Below are positions 1 through 9,200 of a stretch of 20,000 nucleotides of DNA, in pieces. The stretch comes from an uncultured virus (IMG/VR IMGVR_UViG_3300034103_001223) (Duplodnaviria > Heunggongvirae > Uroviricota > Caudoviricetes), in IMG/VR virus record IMGVR_UViG_3300034103_001223; one strand, given 5' to 3'. A program made the translations under genes and the position numbers. Below the pieces are notes generated by a model. It was not told the origin of the DNA, did not search any database, and was given only the letters and a program-made list of their open reading frames with translations. Within the stretch, counting starts at the first letter, position 1. Each line of letters opens with the position of its first letter.

Positions 1-2
1 AA

Positions 3-515
3 TACGTCAATGACGGCTATTTCAGCATCGTTCGCGGGATGTTCCCGCTGGGAAACATGGATTACGAGAAGTCCATCCGGCAGTTCCTCATGGAGCCGAC
101 CGTTCAAGACCTCCTCGGCGACTCAAACTACTGGCGGCTGCGCATCGGCACGAGCTATCAGGCGCGAGACGCCAATCCTTACCTGAAGCCGCTCGCTTTC
201 GGATACGAGACAGACGACTTCGCCCCGGAGTGGCAGGCGGAGTTCACCACGGACGGAGATTCCTGCGAGGTGCTCTGGCATCGGATGACGGACAGGGAAA
301 TCCGCTGCCCTGACGACATGACGACCGCTCAATACTTGGCTGCAAACGTCAGGCCGGTGAAGTCGGAGAATTGGGTGGGACTTTTCCAGGGCCGTTTCCT
401 CTACTTCGAGTTGTCTGTGATTGGGAAGAACGAGCTTGGTGAGGTGATTCCGCCCGTGGGCGCGGTGTTCACGCTCAGTCGCTTTCAGGTGGATGCTCGG
501 GTGATGGCATCCTGA
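3..515 (+). CDS. 3' part of a probable phage tail/structural protein (possibly tail tubular B / P22 gp10-like C-terminus); 5'-truncated by the window
   Basis: The frame is open from base 3 (YVNDGYFSIVRG-MFPLG...), so ATG39 is probably internal. The beta-rich C-terminus (GRFLYFELSVIG...VFTLSRFQVDARVMAS*) resembles ends of podovirus tail/nozzle proteins. Product call is inference from pattern and context. Confidence 0.5.
   Translation, partial: YVNDGYFSIVRGMFPLGNMDYEKSIRQFLMEPTVQDLLGDSNYWRLRIGTSYQARDANPYLKPLAFGYETDDFAPEWQAEFTTDGDSCEVLWHRMTDREIRCPDDMTTAQYLAANVRPVKSENWVGLFQGRFLYFELSVIGKNELGEVIPPVGAVFTLSRFQVDARVMAS
481..515 (+). repeat. Left copy of 35-bp direct repeat GCTTTCAGGTGGATGCTCGGGTGATGGC(A)TC(C)TGA
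   Basis: 481-508 is identical to 1423-1450 (28 bp); 33/35 identity over 481-515 vs 1423-1457. Confidence 0.97.
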
Positions 516-1420
516 CAGCGGCTTACTATAAGCGTGGCAGCATCGCTGTGGACCCCAAATTCTTCGTAATCTGGAGGTGCAGTCTGATTCCTAAGCGACC
601 GAATGCAGGCTCTTGCGAAGTTGATCTTGTTTTGCTCAGAAACGAAGTCGTCGGCACTGGTGAGCACTACTCCAAACGCCTCTCTCGTTAGCGGGCCGAC
701 CCTCTTTTGAATCTCCATCGCCCTCGGTTGGAGAACGTGGAAATCTGGATACTTTGGGAAGTTGGCTGGAATCCCTAACATGTGGCAATTTACTGCCTCC
801 CTTACAGCATCAGTGTATGGACCTTCGTTTTCAATGGATACTGCAAGGGCAAGTTCAGCCTCCTTTTCGCGCTGCTTTTGCCGAGCTAGAACGCGCTTGC
901 GCTCATCCTCCTTCGCCTTCTTCTTTGCAGCAATACTGTCGCGCCTCTTCTGAAGCTCTTCAGGGGTGAGCTTTCTTCCGACTTTGGCTGGCTCAGAACT
1001 TCCAACGGCGCACAGCTTGCGAATGAACGGAGGATTGAGTTTCCCGTCCTCATCGTAAATTGCAAGATACGCAGTGTTGAGTGAGTCAATCTGGCTGAAC
1101 ACTTTTGAGATGGACTCGCAAATCTGACTCCCGTTCTCTTTTCGAGTTGCTCCGAGTAGCGTTACAGCTCGATCTCGAAGCCTCTTCTGGTCTTCTTCCA
1201 AGTTTTTTGCGTCCACCTCGGCAAGCAGCTTCCCAAGCTGCCGTTCTCCAAACTTGTTCACGACCTCGGTTGCTTCCGGGTCAACGCTTGAGAAGGACCA
1301 GTAGCAGCTCCGGTCAATTCTGAAAGCGGTTCGCTCTACTGGCTCGTCTCCTGATGAAACTCCAAACTCCCGCTCATACCACCCAAGATCGCGATTTAAC
1401 TTTGGCCTGTCTATGAACAT
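485..1420 (-). CDS. Hypothetical protein (311 aa) with central K/E/R-rich coiled coil; cargo of the repeat-flanked insertion
   Basis: Long ORF. Its ATG overlaps the last codons of the upstream gene (stop at 1411-1413) and its TGA stop lies inside the left repeat. No family recognised. Confidence 0.8.
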   Translation of the reverse strand: MFIDRPKLNRDLGWYEREFGVSSGDEPVERTAFRIDRSCYWSFSSVDPEATEVVNKFGERQLGKLLAEVDAKNLEEDQKRLRDRAVTLLGATRKENGSQICESISKVFSQIDSLNTAYLAIYDEDGKLNPPFIRKLCAVGSSEPAKVGRKLTPEELQKRRDSIAAKKKAKEDERKRVLARQKQREKEAELALAVSIENEGPYTDAVREAVNCHMLGIPANFPKYPDFHVLQPRAMEIQKRVGPLTREAFGVVLTSADDFVSEQNKINFARACIRSLRNQTAPPDYEEFGVHSDAATLIVSRCQDAITRAST

Positions 1421-1665
1421 GGGCTTTCAGGTGGATGCTCGGGTGATGGCTTCGTGATTCGTTTCACCTCCGTAATCACCCGCATAGCAGCAACTCCAAC
1501 ATTTCCAAACGTGGCGTGGTCCTCAATTCCTTGCGTTCGGCAGAGGTGTGAAAGGATGTCGAAGTTGTGACGCTTGGAGATTTCAGCAGCATCTTCCTTT
1601 GAGAGCTTGCTGAGAGCGTGTTCAGCATCAGCCACTGCCATTTCAGTCCACGACGGGTTATGCAT
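1411..1665 (-). CDS. Hypothetical protein (84 aa, MHNPSWTEMAVAD...)
   Basis: Start reassigned from 1749 to ATG1665, which overlaps the upstream stop (ATGCATAA), a typical coupled arrangement. Confidence 0.7.
   Translation of the reverse strand: MHNPSWTEMAVADAEHALSKLSKEDAAEISKRHNFDILSHLCRTQGIEDHATFGNVGVAAMRVITEVKRITKPSPEHPPESPCS
1423..1457 (+). repeat. Right copy of 35-bp direct repeat GCTTTCAGGTGGATGCTCGGGTGATGGC(T)TC(G)TGA
   Basis: Read directly from the sequence. The two mismatches (509/1451 and 512/1454) are synonymous third positions in the + frame (GCA/GCT, TCC/TCG). Confidence 0.97.
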
Positions 1666-1948
1666 TGTTAGAGGCTTGCAGTGCATCGTGCCACGCCTCG
1701 ACTTTTTCACGCACCATTTCCACCGCCATGCGTTGCGCGGTTTCGGCACTCACGGCATCGACCGGCACGGTATCCATTCCGGCCTCGTAGCAATGCATGA
1801 CCCACTTTTCGGGATAGCGGATGTGTCCACTTGTGACAACGATTCTCAGACCGCCGATTTCGGTTGTCCACGACGTAGGCTTTCGAGCCTTGTCGTCACG
1901 GCTGTATGATGTTGTGTCCTTCCAGTTCATATTGTTTTTCACGTTCAC
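1658..1948 (-). CDS. Hypothetical phage protein (96 aa)
   Basis: GTGA start/stop overlap with the upstream HTH gene and protein-like composition. ATG1930 is an alternative start. Confidence 0.75.
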   Translation of the reverse strand: MNVKNNMNWKDTTSYSRDDKARKPTSWTTEIGGLRIVVTSGHIRYPEKWVMHCYEAGMDTVPVDAVSAETAQRMAVEMVREKVEAWHDALQASNNA

Positions 1949-2283
1949 CTCTTAATCCACTTCTCCAAGCATCGGTTAAAAGTCTTCCTCGCAGCCGGTG
2001 ACAGGTGATTCAGCGGCTTCTCCGACACGGCAGCAGCCAGCAGGAATCGCCGCACTTTGAACGGCTTGAACAGGTCCACGCAGGCGGCGTCGGCAAAAGC
2101 TCCGCACACATCCACATTCACGCCTTCCCAAGAGGTCTTCACCGCCAACCGCTCCACCATGCGCAAGGACAGGCCGGAACGCTCTGCGAGCTGATTCCTT
2201 GAAAGAGGTTTCCGGTCCACCTTCGCCATCGCGGCGACGATGAAGGGGGGAACTTCGTCAAGGACTTGCGGGAGGGTTGGCAT
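1945..2283 (-). CDS. Cro/C1 (XRE)-type helix-turn-helix DNA-binding protein
   Basis: LSRNQLAERSGLSLRMVERLA...VNVDVCGAFADAACVDL matches the XRE HTH pattern. TGATG overlap with the upstream gene. Confidence 0.75.
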   Translation of the reverse strand: MPTLPQVLDEVPPFIVAAMAKVDRKPLSRNQLAERSGLSLRMVERLAVKTSWEGVNVDVCGAFADAACVDLFKPFKVRRFLLAAAVSEKPLNHLSPAARKTFNRCLEKWIKR

Positions 2284-2732
2284 CAGTTTGCCTGCGCATG
2301 AAACTTCTCCAGCGCGTTCATCTCATCGTCATTCAAGGTGATGGTCCCACCGGGAGCCGCATTGGCGAGCTTGGCGATGAACACCGCATCATCCACCGGA
2401 AGGTTCTCCACATGGCTCAACTCCACGAGGCGCTCTTTCAGAGCCGGGTTAAACTTCACTATGGCGTATCTCCGTGAGGCGGTGATAAAGGCGACGCTCC
2501 CATCAGCGAGCTTCTCCTTGCACCCCTGACACTCCGCCATCTTCAACTCTGGCGAGGTGAACAGCTTCGTTCGTTCAAACATCAAGCCGCAGATAGGGCA
2601 CATCCGGGTGAACCTCTGAGCCGACGCCACAGCCTTGTTCTTTCCGCTCGTCACCTGCGCCTTGGCCATTGAGGGGAGGTCGCCCCAAAGATTCGTCAGG
2701 CCGCGTGGTTTGTAGGGGTCGGGTTGCGACAT
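2283..2732 (-). CDS. Zinc-ribbon protein (CPICG...CQGC), 149 aa
   Basis: Two CxxC pairs. Start reassigned from TTG2831, which lies inside a hairpin, to ATG2732 (MSQPDPYK...), 7 nt after a putative -10. Confidence 0.7.
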   Translation of the reverse strand: MSQPDPYKPRGLTNLWGDLPSMAKAQVTSGKNKAVASAQRFTRMCPICGLMFERTKLFTSPELKMAECQGCKEKLADGSVAFITASRRYAIVKFNPALKERLVELSHVENLPVDDAVFIAKLANAAPGGTITLNDDEMNALEKFHAQAN

Positions 2733-2739
2733 GCCAGCG

Positions 2740-2768
2740 AGCGTCCGCCAGATTTGGCGGGGTGTCAA
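2740..2768 (-). promoter_or_regulatory. Putative sigma70 promoter TTGACA-17-GACGCT with palindrome CCGCCA-N4-TGGCGG in the spacer
   Basis: Perfect -35 at 2768-2763, 17-nt spacer, weak -10; inverted repeat at 2745-2760. Confidence 0.5.
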
Positions 2769-2820
2769 GGGGTTTCTGACAGTGTGGAGAGGGGTGAATC
2801 CTTGAGGGAGCGGAGCAGAG

Positions 2821-3095
2821 GCAAACTCCAACTGTTGCCAGTTAGAGTTGCAGAAGGGCAGATCCTCTCGGTCGCTTCGCTTCGGTTTGAACAGCCCTCC
2901 GGGACACCTTAACCATCGGAACCCGCACCAGCTTTTACGCGCTGGAACTGCTGTTATCAGTGTGCTCGGAACGGCTCGCGTCGGGCGGCTTGTGGCACAC
3001 TCTTTAAGGCAGCCGGTTTTTAGTCCATCTGCCCGTGTTTAACCTTCAACTGGCTGGAGCATTACCAGCAGGGAAGGGTTACGCCATCGGCGTCT
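2821..3095 (-). ncRNA. Candidate structured ncRNA, family not recognised
   Basis: Nested complementary pairs 3027-3034/2856-2863, 3004-3010/2906-2912 and 2995-3001/2959-2965; hairpin 2928-2945; terminal 11-bp hairpin with GCAA tetraloop at 2824-2849. No credible CDS here. Confidence 0.55.
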
Positions 3096-3211
3096 GAAAA
3101 AGGAAACACCCGACCTTTGTCATCCCGATGGGTGTGAAGCAATCTGGGAAACCTGTGGCCGGGGTGTTCGGTTTGCACAGGGGTCAAAATGATTTCTGAT
3201 TGCTTCACGCC
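3096..3211 (-). promoter_or_regulatory. Structured leader with alternative pairings ending in a terminator-like stem and U-tract (possible attenuator)
   Basis: GTGAAGCAATC pairs with GATTGCTTCAC (within 3198-3211/3131-3144). AACACCCCGGCC (3168-3157) pairs with GGTCGGGTGTT (3115-3105), followed by TCCTTTTT. Confidence 0.5.
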
Positions 3212-3214
3212 GCG

Positions 3215-3250
3215 AAGCTATATCAATAAAGATTGCTGTCAAGCTGTCAA
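3215..3250 (-). promoter_or_regulatory. Putative sigma70 promoter TTGACA-16-TAGCTT, with tandem TTGACAGC TTGACAGC overlapping the giant gene's stop codon
   Basis: TTGACA at 3250-3245 and 3242-3237, AT-rich spacer, TAGCTT at 3220-3215. Confidence 0.55.
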
Positions 3251-6200
3251 TCGCACCCGGCGAATCTTTTTCCTGCGGCTTCTCATTGGGCTAATCTTCC
3301 GGCGACGACCCGTGAGGCTGATGCGGCGAATCTTCGCCCGACGACGACCACGGGAAGCGGAAACCCCAACCGACTTCATCCGGCCAGACACCCCGCCAGT
3401 GAGTGAGACGCGACCGTAGGAGGGTTCGCGCACAGTGCCTCCAGGGCGATTCTCGGCGACATCCTCCTTGGTGATGTTCCCCGGCTTGCCAAAGAGCGCC
3501 TGTGCCCCGTCTTGCCACGCCTTGATGCCTTGGCGGATGACTTGGCCACGTTCTGTTGTGGCATCGCCAATGAGCTGCTTGTATTGCTCAACTGAAGGGC
3601 GGCGTCCGCCCAAGGCTGCGGTGACTGGATTGATTTCCTGATAGTCTTGCCACACGGATGCCTTGGCGGTCTTGGCGGCGACTTCCGGTGAGTCGCCCGC
3701 TTCGAGGCGTTGCTTGGTGTAGAACGCTTCTAGCTCGGCTATGTTCTTCTGAGCGGAAGCCTTGGCCTTAGAGAAGGCTTCAGTGTCGCCATCGCGTTGC
3801 GCCTGAGCCATGCGGCTAACATCATCGCTGATGGCGCGGCGTTGGACGGAGGTGTAGCCAGCAGGTCCAAAGACCCCAGCGGGAGGCGTCTCGATGCCTT
3901 CCACCTTGGCGTTCTCCAAAATCATGTTCTTGGTGATGTTCACCTCGCCGGGATTCATGCCCAGCAAGTAGTTCAGCTCCGCTCCACCAAACGACATTTG
4001 CAGGAGTGTCTTCCTGAGTGGGACAATCGCTTTCGTTACGTCTCCTGTATCCGAGAATATCTTAAACCCGCTCACCAAGTCCCGAAGCAGCTTGGATGCA
4101 GTTGAGAAAACGAACGCCCGCTGGGATGGGTCAAGCGGCTTCCGCCCATCTAGCCATCCGGTGACGCCTGAAATTGCATCGCCAAAGAAATACGTTGCCG
4201 CAGCGAGGTAGCGGCCAGCGGCAGCGGTCATGTGCTTCGGATTGGTCCAGAACTCTGAATCCAATGGAGTAACCCTGCCAGACCTTTGCCCCTGCATCTT
4301 TCTGCGCCACAGCTCGCCAGCAGCCTCAGCCGCTCCTTGGGTGATGAGCGCAATCGCAGCGATGCCGACATACATCGGCAGCTTGTGGAGAGCTTGCAAG
4401 ACGGCCTTCCTGTCGCGGGAGCCGCCCAGTGTGATGCGCAGCAGCTTTAATGTGGCATCTGCCGGGTATCCGGTCAGGGCCAGTAAGGTTCGCCAGATGG
4501 GATACGCCTGCCCCGAGGCTGCCCGATTCATTGGCAGCGCGGCGTTGTTCTCCGCAACCATGCTCCGCTGCACCGCTTCATAGGTGCGCGGGTCGAACAC
4601 TCTGGCTGGCTTTCCAGCCGTCTTGTCCTGATAGTATTGCAGGAGGTTCTTTTCCAACTGGAATCCTTCAGCGGAGGCGCTGTTTTCGAGGAACCTTCGG
4701 ACTTCTCCTAGCGAGTTCCTTCCATCCTGCTCGTTGCTGGTAGGCAGCCACTCGGAAGGCATCAGCATTGAGTCCTTGTTGGTCGGGTCAATCCGGGTGA
4801 TGCCAGCCTTGGCCAGCCGCTCACCGAACACCATCGCAACATCCTGAAGGCGCTGCTCAAGGTTTCCGACTAGCCCAAGTGAAAGGGCGTTCATTGAGGT
4901 GTCGCTCGTTTCAAGAACGCTGCCACGGACGAACGCCTTATTGGTGTCCAACGCGAAGTTTGCGACTCGGTTGGCGAAGTGGATTGCCCGAGAGAGTGCA
5001 TTCGCCTCCGCATCTTCCTGTTCTTTGCGCGTCTGGAACTGGCCGGTTTCGCGCCACGATTGGCCAGATACCTCAGTCCAGTCTTGGCTGGTATCAAAGC
5101 CCATGCGGTGAACCGCCGCGATGCTGTCCCTGACCGGCTGCGCTCCAACCATCGGTTTGCGTAGCGCAAATTGGATTGGCTTGAACAAGGCTTCGTCAGC
5201 CAGCACATCCACAAGTTTCTGGATAGTCTTCTGCGCCTGCGGGTCGCGCCCCATGCGGCGGTCAATAAATCCGCTGACATTACGGGCTGTCAGATAGGCC
5301 GTGTTCAAGTAGCCACGAGGGATGTTCGTCAACGCCTTCCAGAGTGCCAACTTGAGGCTCATGTAGTGCATCTGCTGCGCCACGTTGAACACCTGACCCT
5401 GACCTTGTGATGTGTTGCGAAGGGCTAGTGCGACTCCGGCCAGAATGTTTCCAAGTGTCGCATCTACGATCTTCCGGCCTATCTTGGTTGGAATTATGTC
5501 AGGGCCACCCTTGCGGTAGCTGTCCTCGAACTTCTTTAGGGATTCCTGAAGAAGTTGCAGCACGTCTTGCATTTCCTGCTGGTTGCCACCGTAGTTTTCG
5601 GACAGCAGCTTCTTGTCAGCATCCGTGGCTCCCGCAGCGCCCATTCGGTTCAGCCGATTCTCCAACTCCCTGATGGACAGGCGCAGCGCATTAGCGAAGT
5701 CCACCAAGACGGTGTGATTAGCGCGTGAAAGGGCAGTGGTGCGCTCAATGCTCCCCAGCGGGCCGTAGTCGTAGTATCTGGAAGGAAGTTCTAGTTTGGC
5801 GGCAGGCTTGGTGAACTCGTTTTCAGAGGACAACGCAATTGAGAGTCCGCTGTTTTTGGCATTGTCTTCAGTGCGCTCCTTCTGGATACGCTGCGCATGG
5901 GAGAGGTATTGGAGCAGCTCGTTGTTGAGTCCTTCCCGAGCGGTGTCCAGTGGGTTCTTCCCGCTCGTAACAGGAATCTCAGCAGCAATCAGGTCCACCA
6001 AGTCCTGCACGCTGTTCACCTGATCCATGTTCCCGGCTAGCCATCGTGCGGCAATCCGCTTCTCGGCAGCCGCCATCTCGGCGGACTGCTTGAAGGTCCG
6101 GTCGGTGCGTGGACTGTTCAAGATGTGCTGCTTCAAATCAATTACGTTCTCGTTCCAGTGCTTGACCACTGGATCGGTGCTGCTGGCGGAAAGGTCCGTT

Positions 6201-9200
6201 GCGGGAGTGAATCCTTGAGGATTTTTACCGTAGGCACTTGTCACATCAGCGATGAACTGTGTAGCTGAACGGTTCAGGTGACGCGGCATACCCTTGTCGC
6301 CGGTGTAGGAGCCTTTCCGGGTAATTTCCTTGCCGCCACGTTCGTAGCGGACGCCGGTTACGGGGTCAATCTCGGTGACTTCGCGGCGGAGCTTTTCCTC
6401 GAACGCCAGCGTCCGATTAAAGAAGGCCATGTCCTCCTTGGTGACGACCTGATTGGCGGTTGGTAGCAGAAACCCAACCCGGAGACGGGAGCCGTATTCG
6501 CGTCCGTAATGCCCCATCTCATTGAGCAAGATGCGGTAGGTGTCCTCGCTCTTAATGTTGTGCGAGCGCATCGCCTCAGATTGCAGCTTTGCCAAGTCCT
6601 GAAACTGCGCTCCAACCTTCTTTGAGTCCAGATAGCCGCGCTTGTATCTAGCAACTTGCGTGCGGAGGATTCCGCCAGCGAATCCGCCCACCAATTTGCT
6701 AATCTGCTCATACTGCCCGAAGATGTTTCCGAGGATGTTGCCCTTCATCATCTTCCGCATTATGGCCGGAGCGAGATACTGGACAGCTTTATCCAAGTCG
6801 CCGAGGTCTAGGAACATCGGCCAAACTTGCTTATTCAGAGCGTGCTTCAGGCCGATGTAATCAGCCCGGTCGAAACCAAGTTGCTGTGGAGTCGGATTAG
6901 CAGGGTTGAGTTTGTGTGCTGCTTCAGCGCGCTCGTAGTCGCCCACATAAAGCTCGGCGTTCTGGACGTATTTCCAAACCTTGTCCCGAGTGGATTGAAG
7001 GTCCAGCGCATTGCCGTCCACGTTGACCTTCAACTCTGCCTGATACTCCTTGCTGGGAGTTCCGAAGCCGCGCAGGACCGGACCCGTTGGACCCAGCACC
7101 ACCATGTTTTGCGCTCCACCAGCACCCAGCGAAACCGCTCCCCGCAACTGCTGGAACGCCGGAGAGTTGGCCGTCTGATTGAACAACGCCTGACCCTGCT
7201 GCAAGGTGCGCAGTCGAAGGACGCTCTGAGCAAGCTGCCGTGCGGCGGTCTGCCTAGCAGCGTTCGCCTTGGTGCCCTGCGCATTGGCTTGCTGGACAAT
7301 CTGGCTGGTGAGGTTCGCTGCCAGCGCCATACCAACTGGATTCCCGCTCGTGGCAAGCTGCGCAATGGACTGCATCTGAAGCGGAGGACTGTTCGCCAGC
7401 TTCGCAGCAGCATCATCGGTGAGCGTCACGATAGCACTCGCAAGGGAAGGCGATTGCTGAACCACCTTGAGCACTTCCCGAAGCGCCGCCTCAGAGATGC
7501 CAAGGGATTGCGCAACGCTCGCTCCGAAAGCAGGCATGTCGCCGGGAGCCATCAGGAAATCGTAGAGCCAGCGGTTCTGGTCGAGCGTCCGGCCCAAGTT
7601 CGCCGCTAGGGTGGTGATGGCTCCCGTGGAAGCCTCTAGGTTGGCGATGTTGGCAGCGTCTCCGACAGTGCCGGTCAAGCCCATCTCCCCCTTGGCAGCT
7701 TTCAAAGCATCCGCCACGAGGACATCAGCCAGGCCGGAAGTCACCTTGGCATCGGCGATGTCAGCCTCCGCCAGCCGGATGTCCTTGAGCAACCCCTTCT
7801 CCTCAGAGTTCAAAAGGTCGTCCATCTGCGACTTCGCAATGTCGAACTCATCGAAGGACTTCTGCAAGCTGGTCAAGACAGATGCCCGCTGCTCATCCGT
7901 TAGGGTTCCCTTCTTCAGCGCATCCTTCACAGTCGCATCGAACGAAGCCCACTTGTCGTAAATCTCCCCAAGGCGTGCCACCTCGGAGATAGACGTGGAG
8001 GAATCCATCAGAGCACGAGTCAGGTCAGCCGCCGCCTTGGCCTTCTCCGACAGGTCGCGCAGTTCGGTGATGCCTTTGCCGAAGAACTCTTGCACTGGCT
8101 CCAAGGTGAGCGCATCACGCTTGGACTGAAGCTCCACCCTGGAAGCGTTTGCGCGGGTAATCTCCTCGGCGCGTTCGCCGATGGATTGCTGTCCACGGCC
8201 ACGGTCGGTGGTAACTGGCGTGAGGTTCGCTACCACCTTCTCCTTGGCGGCAATCAGCTTGTCCAGCTTCAGGATTTCATCTGCCGGAGCCTTGATGCGG
8301 ATGTAGTAGTCCCGCAGCTCTTTCAAGGTGGCCAGCTTTCCAAGGTTGTCCACGAGCCTTCGCGCTTGCTGCTCGAAATAGACCTCCGCTTGCAGCGACT
8401 TCACCAGCTCAGGCCGGAACTGGACTCCCATCTGAGCGAGCTTTGTGACCAGCTCATCGCCGACGACGATTTGGCCGTTCTCAATGGAGACGCCATCGCG
8501 GATGTTCGCCCGCATGTCATCCGTCACGCGGTCTTGGGGAAGCTGTCGAAGCCTGCCTTCATGGAGGCTCACCAGATTGTTCAGCTCAGAGCGTGCATTC
8601 CTGAAGGATTTACTCTCGTAGGCCAGTCCTTCAAGCTGCCGACCCGCCTGCTCGAACTCCTCAACCTGCTGCCTGCCGAGGTCTGCCACAGCTTTTCCAG
8701 CAGCAGCTACGAGGGAAGGCTCAATGGCGCGACCTTGGACTTCGGTGGCGTCGGATTGGCTTACCGGAGCACCCAGCGAATACCGGATGTCCGGCGACTC
8801 CTGCTGGAATCGCTGCGAGAGGGGGATTGGTTGGCCGTCGTTATCATAGGTGATGGGGTCGGCGGACTTTAGCTGTGATGGAGAAAGCGCGATGAAAGAA
8901 TCAAGCCCACGCTCACCTTCGACCTCGTTCCGATAGACGATTGACTCGACTCCTTTTGAAAGCAGTAAGCTGCGAAGCTCTGCGTTGCTATCGCTCGCGT
9001 TGAACACCTTGTCGTATTCCGCGTTGCTAATCGGAACGCCAGCCTTGCGAAGCTCTCGAATCACGGACTGATAATTCCACGTTCCCAAATCGCTGGTCCG
9101 AACTGGATTCCCCAGCTTTGCGTAGAACGGAAAGACTGTTCCGAACTGGGATGCAGCAGACTCAGGCCCAAGGTGAACTCCAAGCTCCAACTCTCCAGAT

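Larger units (their letters stand above)
481..1457. mobile_element. Putative single-gene insertion (moron-like cassette, 942-bp period) bounded by direct repeats
   Basis: Direct repeats flank exactly one ORF, the interior looks more AT-rich than the flanks, and removing one unit restores two intact overlapping convergent genes. No recombinase or nuclease motif recognised. Confidence 0.65.

Noticed and set aside
481..1457. Direct repeats as a CRISPR array or tRNA-type att sites
   Set aside because: Only two copies 942 bp apart; the sequence is protein-coding, and no cas, tRNA or integrase gene is in the window.
2848..3042. 64-aa plus-strand ORF in the intergenic region
   Set aside because: TTG start, opposite to the surrounding operon and no coding-like features. 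Nested base-pairing explains the region better.
2821..3211. tRNA, tmRNA, retron msr-msd or group I/II intron identity for the structured region
   Set aside because: No T-loop/acceptor-stem pattern, no reverse transcriptase in the window, no interrupted gene and no recognisable catalytic core.
6827..8872. Two 260-aa plus-strand ORFs (6827-7609, 8090-8872) and other ORFs inside the giant gene
   Set aside because: Antisense or frame shadows expected from GC-rich codon bias, with non-protein-like composition, fully overlapping the 4084-aa CDS.
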